Shown here piece by piece: positions 34,898-43,661 of a stretch of DNA of 64,000 bases (positions are counted from its first letter, which is position 1; each line of letters begins with the position of its first letter). The stretch is from Geminicoccaceae bacterium (GTDB taxonomy: Bacteria > Pseudomonadota > Alphaproteobacteria > Geminicoccales > Geminicoccaceae). The stretch is from positions 970-64,969 of the forward strand of contig JBGSYN010000104.1 in the NCBI GenBank assembly GCA_041750975.1. Reading direction: 5' to 3'. Made by a program: the position numbers and the translations under genes. Under the pieces are notes generated by a model. It saw nothing but the letters and a program-made list of their open reading frames with translations. It made no database searches and had not been told where the DNA came from.

Positions 34898-36913
34898 ATG
34901 CATAACGCGGCACCTCGTCATCCGGCCAAAATCGACTGGCGGTGGCGGGTGATCGCGATGAGCGTCGCCTTCATGGCCGGTCTTCTCGGCGTCCTGCTGA
35001 TGGATCGGATGGGGCCGCTCAGCCAACTCGAAACAGCGAGCCTCGACTGGCGCTTTCGCCTGCGCGGCCCGCGACCCGCACCGCGCGAGGTCGGCCTGCT
35101 GGTGATCGACGAGGCGACGCTCGACGCACTCGGAGGCTGGCCACTCTCGCGCCAAGCGCTGGCGGAAACGATCGAGCGCCTGCGCGCCGTCGGGGCCAGG
35201 GTTGCTGCACTCGACATGGTGCTCGCGGAAGCGCATCGACTGCCGGACGGCACGCTTGCGGCGGAAGATGCGGCCCTTGCCGACACCATTCGCGAGGCGA
35301 AAGGCGTCGTTTTTCCTGTGGCGTTCGGTTTCCAGCCCGAAATTCTAGGCGATCGCACCACGCCCGAGGAATTGCGCAGCCATGCCTATCGGGTTGTGCT
35401 CAGAGGCGAAAATTCACCCGATCCGCCGCTGGCGAGCCAGGTTCTCCTGCCGGCCAGGGCTTTCCTCGCCGCCATGCCGACGCTCGGCCATGTCAGTCTC
35501 GAACTGGCTGGCGACGGCGTCCTTCGCTACGACCTGCCGGCGATCCAGTACGAGGACGAGATCTACCCGAGTTTCGGCGTTGCCGCCCTTGGCGCGTTCC
35601 TCGGGATCGCCCCTGAAGACATCGTGCTCGACCTCAATCGGGGCGTGATGGTCGGCTCACGGCTGGTGCCGTTCGACCGGGACTATCGGCACTACCTGAA
35701 TTTCTACGGTCCCGAGGGAACCATCCGGCGGCACAGCCTGATCGATCTTCTGGAGGCCCGCACCCCCCGCGAATTGTTTTCGGGACGCCTCGTGGTGATC
35801 GGTGTCGACGCACTGGGGATGGGCGATCGCTTCCCGACACCCTTCGTCGCCAGTCTTTCGGGTGCCGAATATCTCGCAACCTCCATCGCCAATATGATCG
35901 ACGGCACATCGCTGCATCGGGGGCCACGACAAACGGGGCTCGACGTTATGGTGATCGCCCTCTTGGCGGCGCTGACCGCAACGGTCATGGCGCGCGGCCG
36001 TCCGGTCATTTCAATCGCCTGGGTGGTAGCGCTCATCGTGTTCGTCGCCGCCTGGTGCCAAGCGTGGTTCGTCCTTGCCGATTGGTGGGTGTCCTTCGCG
36101 TTTCCGGCTCTTGCCATAGTGATCGCGGCGACGATCACGCAGCTGACCCATGCCGTGATCGGCTTGCGCCAGACCCGGCTGCTCGAACATGATCGGGCGA
36201 CACTGGCTCGGCATTTCGCACCCCAGGTCGTCGATGAGTTATTGCGACGCGATTATCGGGTGCAACTCGATCGCTCGCAAAATGCAGCGGTCGTGTTCTT
36301 CGATTTGGTCGGCTTCACCACGCTCTGCGAGCAGATGCGGCCGGGTGAGGCGATCGCCCTGGTGCGGGGTTTCCACAGGCTCGTCGAAGCCGCGGTATTC
36401 CGGCACGGTGGCATGATCGCCAATTTCGCGGGCGACGGTGTCATGTGTTGTTTCGGTATTCCGGAGGCCCGCGAGGATGCAGCGCTCGACGCCATCCTGG
36501 CCGCCCGCGATCTCGTCAGCTCGCTGGAAGACTGGCGCGCTCAGCCGGCCTATCGGCGGCACGGTGCGATTGGCGTCGGCGTCGGCGTTCACAGCGGTAA
36601 TGTGCTGATCGGCAATGTCGGCGGCGAGCAGCAATTGCAGTATTCAGCGATCGGCGACACGGTCAATACCGCGAGCCGGCTGGAGTCGCTGACCCGCGAA
36701 CTCGGCACGCCGATCCTGATTTCGGCGCGTGCCATGGCGGAAGCGCAAGCGTGCCGGCCGAAGTGCGATCTGAACGAGTCCTTCGTCTGCTTGGGTCCGA
36801 TCATTCTGCGCGGGCGTGACGAGCCGATCACCGTTTGGGGGCTGGCATCGACCCTGACATCGACTGCGGCCGAAACCGCGCCGTCGATGCCAGGGCCGAT
36901 AGCGACGAATTAG
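34898..36913 (+). CDS. CHASE2 sensor domain fused to a class III adenylate/guanylate cyclase
   Basis: One N-terminal TM helix, a periplasmic CHASE2-like region (VIDEATLDALGGWPLSR), three to four TM helices, then a cyclase core (VVFFDLVGFTTL, AGDGVMCCFG, GDTVNTASRLES). Start at MHNAAPR. Confidence 0.85.
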   Translation: MHNAAPRHPAKIDWRWRVIAMSVAFMAGLLGVLLMDRMGPLSQLETASLDWRFRLRGPRPAPREVGLLVIDEATLDALGGWPLSRQALAETIERLRAVGARVAALDMVLAEAHRLPDGTLAAEDAALADTIREAKGVVFPVAFGFQPEILGDRTTPEELRSHAYRVVLRGENSPDPPLASQVLLPARAFLAAMPTLGHVSLELAGDGVLRYDLPAIQYEDEIYPSFGVAALGAFLGIAPEDIVLDLNRGVMVGSRLVPFDRDYRHYLNFYGPEGTIRRHSLIDLLEARTPRELFSGRLVVIGVDALGMGDRFPTPFVASLSGAEYLATSIANMIDGTSLHRGPRQTGLDVMVIALLAALTATVMARGRPVISIAWVVALIVFVAAWCQAWFVLADWWVSFAFPALAIVIAATITQLTHAVIGLRQTRLLEHDRATLARHFAPQVVDELLRRDYRVQLDRSQNAAVVFFDLVGFTTLCEQMRPGEAIALVRGFHRLVEAAVFRHGGMIANFAGDGVMCCFGIPEAREDAALDAILAARDLVSSLEDWRAQPAYRRHGAIGVGVGVHSGNVLIGNVGGEQQLQYSAIGDTVNTASRLESLTRELGTPILISARAMAEAQACRPKCDLNESFVCLGPIILRGRDEPITVWGLASTLTSTAAETAPSMPGPIATN

Positions 36914-36917
36914 AGGG

Positions 36918-38096
36918 CTACGCGGCGCGCCGCGCCTGCGAGACCCTGGCCTCGATCTCCTGCCAGCAGGACAGTGCCTTGCTGTCGGGGATTTCGATAT
37001 CACGCATGGTGATGAGCTGGCCGGGCTCGATGCTGTGCTTGAAGCGGATGTTCTCCGCCAAGCCGATCGGCAGATGGCCGGGGTGATCGGCGATGCGGAC
37101 ACAGATGCCGCGCACGTCGAAGCTGCCGCAGCCCCGTTTGATCCGGGTACCCGCCTTGATCTTGCGTTTGGCCACCGTGGCGATGCCGATTTCGGGCACG
37201 GCCCCGTTGTCAAGCAGGATGCCGCCACCACGGGTCATCCGCTCGAGGGTACGGAAGACTTCGAGATGGACGAAAATATTGTTGCGGATCAGCGTGTAAT
37301 AGGGTCCGTCACCGAGCTTCAGATAGCGCAATGCATCCTTCTGCTCTTCGTTGTGACGCGCGATCACGAACACGCCGTGCGGCAGTTTGCGTGACAACAC
37401 GTAATCGGTGATCGGACGGCCCTGCGCCTTGGCGGCGTCGCCAAGGATCGTCGCTGCCTCCGCGAGGTCATCGGTTTCCGGCCCGATCAGCTCATCCCTG
37501 GCGATGCCGGCGCCGAAATAATTGCCGACCAACGCCTGCTCGAACTGCATCTTGGTGCCGTCGGTAAATGACGTCACCATCGGCATGCTGATACCCTGCT
37601 TGCCGGCCCAGAACTTCATGTCCTGGGGTGAGGGGGTGCGATTGAGAAAGCCCTTCATGTTGCCGAGCACGAGGGGCTCGAAGCCCATGGCTTCGGCTTC
37701 CTCGACCAGCGAGGCCTGACAACCCGGCTGGTCGCCGTCGGCCTCGGTGAGATAGCCGCGTCCGACGAACCATGAGCCGGTCGTGACATGGAATTCGGGG
37801 TTCAGGGTCACCACCTTGCGCCCGGCCTCGAGAGCTTTGGCGACGGTTTCGGTGGCGAAATGGACATCGCCCGTGCATTCGAAAACGATGTCGCTATGGG
37901 CGACGACCTCGTCGATGTCGTTGGTGAGAACGCCCTCGATCGGAAAATCGACACGGCCCACCGGCCGCCTCGTCAACACCTTGGAGAGGGTGTATTCGGG
38001 CCGATGGACGACCTCCATGCAGAAATGGCGCGCGACGAAGCCGGTGCCGACGACGCCGATCCGATGAACAGGTTTGGCATTCCGAGACGTAACCAT
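36918..38096 (-). CDS. NAD(P)-binding oxidoreductase with a C-terminal SAF domain (homoserine-dehydrogenase-like, COG4091 type)
   Basis: N-terminal Rossmann motif IGVVGTGFVARH and a C-terminal beta-clip-like segment (KIKAGTRIKRGCGSFDVRG...IEPGQLITMRDIEIP). Start at MVTSRN. Confidence 0.65.
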   Translation of the reverse strand: MVTSRNAKPVHRIGVVGTGFVARHFCMEVVHRPEYTLSKVLTRRPVGRVDFPIEGVLTNDIDEVVAHSDIVFECTGDVHFATETVAKALEAGRKVVTLNPEFHVTTGSWFVGRGYLTEADGDQPGCQASLVEEAEAMGFEPLVLGNMKGFLNRTPSPQDMKFWAGKQGISMPMVTSFTDGTKMQFEQALVGNYFGAGIARDELIGPETDDLAEAATILGDAAKAQGRPITDYVLSRKLPHGVFVIARHNEEQKDALRYLKLGDGPYYTLIRNNIFVHLEVFRTLERMTRGGGILLDNGAVPEIGIATVAKRKIKAGTRIKRGCGSFDVRGICVRIADHPGHLPIGLAENIRFKHSIEPGQLITMRDIEIPDSKALSCWQEIEARVSQARRAA

Positions 38097-38291
38097 GCGT
38101 TGCCCCTTGGCTGCGCAGCTCATCAATCAAAGCTGCAACTCTAGCGTTGAAACTCAGCGCAAAAACTAACCAAGGAGGTGAGCGAAAATCGTTAATGCTG
38201 CGAACAAACGGATGGTTTCGCGGAACGGAAGCGCCTGATACGTAGCGTTGTATGAACCGGGCCTCTGGGCTCGAACAAGAGGGAGAGATTG

Positions 38292-38840
38292 ATGCGAGGC
38301 GTTGTTTCCGGTCGACGGTTCGGGTTTGCCGCTGGGATCATGCTGGCGCTACAGGGGTGTGCATCCGATCCAACCCTCGATGTTTCGTCACGCCCGGACG
38401 TGCAGCACGCCCGCACCCAGCTCGAGCAGGCGATGTCGGCGGGGCCGGTATGGCTGGAAAGCAACCAGCCGCCGGCGCCGCTCGAGGCGAGCGAACTCGG
38501 CCAGCTGGCGTCGAGCGGGATCCCGGCCTTGAACGTGCCGTTCACGACGCAGCGGGAGGAGGCCGGCGACCCGAGCTATCGCCTGGTCCTGTTATTCATC
38601 GACAAGGACGCGCTCGTCGACATCGAGCCTTGCAACGCGCCGCTTTCGGAGCCGACGCCCGAGCTTGAATTCCTCGGCTTGGCGGCTGCATTCTGCGAGG
38701 GCACGACGAGGATTGCCGAGGTCGCGGGCCCGAGCGGCGGGGCTACGGCCGAGGATGCAAGGCGGCTGGTGTGGCGGGCGACCTCACAACTCTTTCCCGA
38801 TGACTGGAACCGGACCTACGGCCTGAGGCGGGTTTTCTGA
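38292..38840 (+). CDS. Hypothetical lipoprotein
   Basis: Lipobox IMLALQGC after a basic N-terminus, with GGGAGAG Shine-Dalgarno sequence. I recognise no family. Confidence 0.55.
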   Translation: MRGVVSGRRFGFAAGIMLALQGCASDPTLDVSSRPDVQHARTQLEQAMSAGPVWLESNQPPAPLEASELGQLASSGIPALNVPFTTQREEAGDPSYRLVLLFIDKDALVDIEPCNAPLSEPTPELEFLGLAAAFCEGTTRIAEVAGPSGGATAEDARRLVWRATSQLFPDDWNRTYGLRRVF

Positions 38841-39821
38841 TCAGGTTTTCGAGAAGCAGGACCTGACCACGTCCAGGGCCGCGGCCTCCGGTGCAACGCG
38901 TCCATCCGCGACGGCGGCTCGATTCGAGGCAACCCGTTCCTGCAGCTCGGCATTCTGCATCAGCATGTCGCGCATGGACCGTTCCAGCGCTGCCTCGAAC
39001 CCCCGCAGACGCTGATCGCGCCGGCGCGCCTCGAAGGCCCCGCTTTGGCGATTGCGCTCGCGAAATAGCTCGCAGGCATGCCAAAGCTCGGACAAACCTT
39101 CGTTCTCCAGCGCACTCACCAGATGCACCCATGGCGAGGCATCGGCCGGCTTCGCCAGGAGCCGCAGCGCCGAGCTCAGTACCCGCGCCGCCTCTTGGGC
39201 CGACGCCAGATTGCTGCCGTCGGCCTTGGTCACGACCAGAAGATCCGCGACCTCGAGGATACCCTTTTTGATGCCCTGAAACTCGTCGCCGGCGCCCGGC
39301 TGCATGAGCAACAGAAAGAGGTCGACCAGATCGGCGACCAGCGTTTCGGATTGTCCGACCCCGACCGTCTCGACGATGACGACATCATATCCAGCCGCCT
39401 CCATCAGGGTGATGGCCTCGCGGGTGGTCCGGGCGATGCCGCCAAGCTCGCCTTTCGAGGGCGTGGGGCGGATATAGGCGTGGGGATCGCTCGCGAGCCG
39501 CGGCATCCGGGTCTTGTCGGCAAGGATCGAGCCGCCGGTCTTGCCGCTGCTGGGATCGACCGCGAGGACGGCAAGGCGATGGTCCTGACCCGTCAAGAGC
39601 GTGCCAAAAGCATCGAGAAACGTACTCTTGCCGACCCCGGGCGTGCCGCTGACACCGATCCGAAAGGCGCTTCCGGAAAAGGGGCGCAGCCGTTCGAGCA
39701 GGAGCGCCGATTGCTCGCGGTGGTCGATGCGGCCGGATTCGATCAGCGTGACGGCGCGGGCGAGGCTCGATCGATTGCCGGCGCAAACCTCATCCGCGAG
39801 GCGTTCGATCCGATCCGTCAC
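38841..39821 (-). CDS. meaB: Methylmalonyl-CoA mutase accessory GTPase MeaB (ArgK)
   Basis: G3E P-loop GTPase motifs ([32 protein letters not shown]). Its GTG start overlaps the mutase stop (GTGA). Confidence 0.9.
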   Translation of the reverse strand: MTDRIERLADEVCAGNRSSLARAVTLIESGRIDHREQSALLLERLRPFSGSAFRIGVSGTPGVGKSTFLDAFGTLLTGQDHRLAVLAVDPSSGKTGGSILADKTRMPRLASDPHAYIRPTPSKGELGGIARTTREAITLMEAAGYDVVIVETVGVGQSETLVADLVDLFLLLMQPGAGDEFQGIKKGILEVADLLVVTKADGSNLASAQEAARVLSSALRLLAKPADASPWVHLVSALENEGLSELWHACELFRERNRQSGAFEARRRDQRLRGFEAALERSMRDMLMQNAELQERVASNRAAVADGRVAPEAAALDVVRSCFSKT

Positions 39822-42610
39822 GGCGCCTCGGGTTCGAGATAGCCGAATTTTCGCGCGAGCTGGCGCAGGAGATCGAGGGCCGCCTCGGCGATCACCGTGC
39901 CGGGGCCGAATACGGCGGCAACGCCCGCAGCTTCGAGCTCCGGGATATCCCCGCGCGGCACCACGCCGCCGATGACGATCATGATGTGGCCGCCATCCCG
40001 GGCCCCGAGTTCGGTCTTGAGTTCCGGCACCAGCGTCAGGTGACTGCCGGCGAGCGTGCTGACCCCGACGATGTGAACGTCATTGTCCACGGCCTGTTGT
40101 GCCACCTCGCCCGGGGTCTGGAACAGCGGGCCGATATCGACGTCGAAGCCGAGATCGGCGAAGGCCGTGGCGATCACTTTCTGGCCGCGGTCATGCCCGT
40201 CCTGTCCCATCTTGGCAATCAGGATCCTGGGCCTGCGCCCGTCCTGCTCTTCGAACCGGGAAGTAGCGGCGCGAACCGCCTGCAGCGACTTCAAGCCCAT
40301 GGCCTCCTGTGCATAGACGCCCGAAATGGCGCGTGTCTCGGCCCGATGACGCCCCCAGATCCGTTCGAGTGCGGTCGTCATTTCGCCGACCGTGGCGCCG
40401 GCGCGTGCCGTCTCGATCGAGCCTGCCAGAAGATTGCCTTGACCGGAGGCGGCGATCCCGCCCAGTGCTTCGAGAGCGCTTTGCACCTTGGCCTCGTCCC
40501 GCTCTTGCCTGAGCGTCTCGAGTTTGGCGCATTGCCGCGCGCGCACGGCGCGGTTGTCGATTTTCAACACCTCGATGTCGTCGACATCCTCCGCGACGAA
40601 GGCATTGACGCCGACGATGAGCTGTTGCCCGCTGTCGATCCGCGCCTGGGTTCGTGCCGCCGCTTCCTCGATCCGAAGCTTGGGCAATCCCCGCCCGATC
40701 GCGCGCGCCATTCCGCCCAGCGCCTCGACCTCGGCGATATGGGTCTTTGCCTGGTCGATCAGCTCACGCGTGCGCCGTTCCAATTCGACCGAGCCGCCCC
40801 AGGGATCGATGGTCCAGCAGGTATCGGTCTCGTGGGCCAGGATGAGCTGCGTGTTGCGGGCGATCCTGGCACTGAAATCGCTCGGCAGGGCCAGCGCCTC
40901 ATCCAGCGCGTTGGTATGGAGCGACTGGGTCTGACCTTGGGTCGCCGCCATTGCCTCGATCGTCGTTCGGATCACATTGTTGAAGACGTCGCTGGCGGCG
41001 AGCGACCAGCCGGACGTCTGGCTATGCGCCCTGAGCGCCAGCGATTTCCGGTTTTTGGGCTCGAATTGTGCGACGAGTTCAGCCCATAGCGCCCGCGCCG
41101 CGCGAAGCTTGGCGATCTCGGCAAGGTAGTCCATGCCGATGCCCCAGAAGAAGCTGAGCCGCGGCGCGAAACTGTCGATGTCGAGGCCGGCCTTGAGGCC
41201 GGTCCGGACATATTCGATGCCGTCCGCGAGCGTGTAGGCCAGCTCGAGATCGGGCGTCGCCCCGGCTTCCTGCATGTGATAGCCGGAAATGCTGATCGAG
41301 TTGAAGCGCGGCATCCGCGACGCGGTGAAGGCCATGATGTCCGCAACGATGCGCATCGAAGGTTCGGGCGCAAATATATAGGTGTTGCGGACCATGTATT
41401 CCTTGAGAATGTCGTTCTGGATCGTCCCGCTCAGTTTTTCAGGGGCGACCCCCTGCTCTTCGGCGGCGACGATGAAGAGGGCCAGCACCGGTAGGACGGC
41501 GCCGTTCATGGTCATCGAGACGCTGACCTGATCGAGCGGGATGCCGTCGAACAAAGTGCGCATGTCGAGGATCGAATCGATGGCCACCCCGGCCATGCCG
41601 ACATCGCCCGCGACCCTCGGATGATCGCTGTCATAGCCCCGGTGCGTGGCCAGATCGAAGGCGATCGAAAGGCCCTTCTGCCCGGCCGCGAGGTTGCGCC
41701 GATAGAACGCGTTGCTTTCCTCGGCCGTCGAGAAGCCCGCATATTGGCGGATGGTCCAGGGCTGGGTCGTGTACATCGTCGGATAGGGACCGCGCAGATA
41801 AGGCTGCAGGCCCGGATAGGTCTCGTCGTGACCTTGATCCCTGACGGTGCCGGGCCCGACAAGCTCATCGAATGTCTCGGTCCCGACTGTAATGCCGTCG
41901 GCGGCCTCGAACTGCTGCACGAGTTCCCAGGCGCGCCGGGCCATCTCGAGCGTCAGGCTTTCGACGAAGCCGCTGCCACGAAGCGGGTCGGCCACCCCGG
42001 AAAGATGCGTTTCGTGCAGCAATACCAGCTGGATGTTGCGGGCAAGCCGTTTCGAGCGGCCGGTCGGTCCGCCGGCTGGAAGGTCATGCGGCAGAACCTC
42101 GATCGTGTCGGCGCCGCCCAGTACTGCGGCGCAGGCGGAAATGGTGTTGCGGATCAAATTGCTCTCGACATCGTCCTCCGTGAGGGAGCGTCTGCCGGTC
42201 GCTGCGACCAGACTAATTCGCCCGGTCCGGCCGAGCTTGCCGTCGATGCTGTGGAGCAGGAGCCGAGCCGCGCGCAGCTTGGCAACGGATGAGAAAAGGT
42301 AGGTGTCGACGGCGATGCGGACCGCCCGCGCACTACTCTCATCGCGCAGATAGCCCGCAATGATGCCGGCAAGTTCCTGAACAGGGGTGGCGCCGGCTTC
42401 GTGCAGCGCCATTCCGTCCGTGGCGACATCGTTGCGTTCCGCTCCGTCCGTAGGGGAAATTCCCCGATAGAGGCGGTCGGCGGCCGGATAGAGCCGCCGT
42501 ATAGCGATGCCGTCGGGGGTCAGGTGCGAGGGGTCGAGCGGTTTGTCGTGCCGCGCGCAGATTTCAGCCGCCACAGACCGCCATTGCTCGAATTCCGTTC
42601 CGGACGCCAT
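39818..42610 (-). CDS. mutB: Methylmalonyl-CoA mutase large subunit with an N-terminal MutA-like (small-subunit) remnant
   Basis: Complete catalytic barrel ([49 protein letters not shown]; Tyr of TMY and Arg of MVRNTY are both present). The B12 domain has the [12 protein letters not shown] motif. The first ~260 aa form a second, degenerate half-barrel (see findings). Start at MASGTEF. Confidence 0.85.
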   Translation of the reverse strand: MASGTEFEQWRSVAAEICARHDKPLDPSHLTPDGIAIRRLYPAADRLYRGISPTDGAERNDVATDGMALHEAGATPVQELAGIIAGYLRDESSARAVRIAVDTYLFSSVAKLRAARLLLHSIDGKLGRTGRISLVAATGRRSLTEDDVESNLIRNTISACAAVLGGADTIEVLPHDLPAGGPTGRSKRLARNIQLVLLHETHLSGVADPLRGSGFVESLTLEMARRAWELVQQFEAADGITVGTETFDELVGPGTVRDQGHDETYPGLQPYLRGPYPTMYTTQPWTIRQYAGFSTAEESNAFYRRNLAAGQKGLSIAFDLATHRGYDSDHPRVAGDVGMAGVAIDSILDMRTLFDGIPLDQVSVSMTMNGAVLPVLALFIVAAEEQGVAPEKLSGTIQNDILKEYMVRNTYIFAPEPSMRIVADIMAFTASRMPRFNSISISGYHMQEAGATPDLELAYTLADGIEYVRTGLKAGLDIDSFAPRLSFFWGIGMDYLAEIAKLRAARALWAELVAQFEPKNRKSLALRAHSQTSGWSLAASDVFNNVIRTTIEAMAATQGQTQSLHTNALDEALALPSDFSARIARNTQLILAHETDTCWTIDPWGGSVELERRTRELIDQAKTHIAEVEALGGMARAIGRGLPKLRIEEAAARTQARIDSGQQLIVGVNAFVAEDVDDIEVLKIDNRAVRARQCAKLETLRQERDEAKVQSALEALGGIAASGQGNLLAGSIETARAGATVGEMTTALERIWGRHRAETRAISGVYAQEAMGLKSLQAVRAATSRFEEQDGRRPRILIAKMGQDGHDRGQKVIATAFADLGFDVDIGPLFQTPGEVAQQAVDNDVHIVGVSTLAGSHLTLVPELKTELGARDGGHIMIVIGGVVPRGDIPELEAAGVAAVFGPGTVIAEAALDLLRQLARKFGYLEPEAP

Positions 42611-42635
42611 TGCATGCCAGGGCCGGGAAACCGGC

Positions 42636-43535
42636 TCAGGCGGCCTTGGCTTGGGTCGGCAGCTTCTCCATGATCGCAAAAGCGTCGTGGCGGACGTGGT
42701 TCTTTTCCATCTCGTCCCGCACCATGGCTTCGCTTACCGTGCCGTTCTCGAGGCATTCCTTGAGCAGCGAAAAGAAGAACCGCTCCTGATTGTTGTCCGG
42801 ATGCGACTTGTAGGCGCCGAGAAACGCGTACTCGCCGAAAACCTTGCGCCGCAACCGCAGCAATTGCCCGAAGCCCGGGATCTTCGAGCGCTCGGCCGGC
42901 ACGAAATCGGCCGGCAGGCCGCTTTTCCAGGGCTGGGTGCGGCGCCGCGTATTGTGCAGCAGCTTGGTCTTGGGCGTCAGATTGTCGAAATCGTTCCATT
43001 CCGGCTCGAGCGACCCGATGATGGCATCCTGCTCGTAGCCCAGATTCATCCAGATCTTGTATTCGCGCTTTTTCTGGAACAAGGCGTCGAAATCATCCTC
43101 GAGCTTCCAATGGGTGAGATTGGCGCAGTCGAGCAGCATGGCGCTCGAATTATATTCGGGCTTTTCCTTGCCACGCGAGCGGCAGCAGATCGCCTTGCCG
43201 TCCATGTTCCTGGTGAGGAGTTCGTAGATATCGCCTTGGGCGAAGACGTCGGGATCGACGACAACTGCCTTGCCCTCGTACTCCATCAGTTTCGGCGTCA
43301 TGAAGCGCAGCGGCGTGAACGACTGCAGATCGTCGTTGAGCCAGGTCCGGGTATCGCCGTCGCGGCGGTATTCGCGACCCTCGTAGCGATCGAAGAACTC
43401 CCGATGATCCTCGAGTTCGATCAGCTTGACGTCGAACTTGTCGGCGGATTTCGAGTTCCGCCGCATCGAATGTGCCGAGACGAGCGCGCCGAGTTTTTGC
43501 TTGTGGTTGGTATGGATGAAGACGCAAGGTCGCAT
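42636..43535 (-). CDS. Putative glycosyltransferase, GT8-like fold
   Basis: Weak motif-level resemblance only. [17 protein letters not shown] sits where GT8 enzymes have YLDxDxx[10 protein letters not shown] is also similar, and a late [12 protein letters not shown] sits where H-x(n)-KPW occurs. Confidence 0.45.
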   Translation of the reverse strand: MRPCVFIHTNHKQKLGALVSAHSMRRNSKSADKFDVKLIELEDHREFFDRYEGREYRRDGDTRTWLNDDLQSFTPLRFMTPKLMEYEGKAVVVDPDVFAQGDIYELLTRNMDGKAICCRSRGKEKPEYNSSAMLLDCANLTHWKLEDDFDALFQKKREYKIWMNLGYEQDAIIGSLEPEWNDFDNLTPKTKLLHNTRRRTQPWKSGLPADFVPAERSKIPGFGQLLRLRRKVFGEYAFLGAYKSHPDNNQERFFFSLLKECLENGTVSEAMVRDEMEKNHVRHDAFAIMEKLPTQAKAA

Positions 43536-43661
43536 GGATGGCCCTAGATTATGTGGGAATGGTCAAAACACGATCACCGCGGCACTCCATAGCACCGCAG
43601 GACACCGGGCTCAATTCAATCGGAAGTGCGGCCTGCCGGACGCCTGCCAAAAAGGGCGCCG

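Noticed and set aside
38127-38291. A strong AAGGAGG motif followed by tiny ORFs (5 and 16 codons) upstream of the hypothetical lipoprotein gene. A possible leader peptide or small RNA.
   Set aside because: The spacing from the Shine-Dalgarno-like motif to either start codon is wrong (0 nt and about 16 nt). There is no associated terminator or anti-terminator structure.
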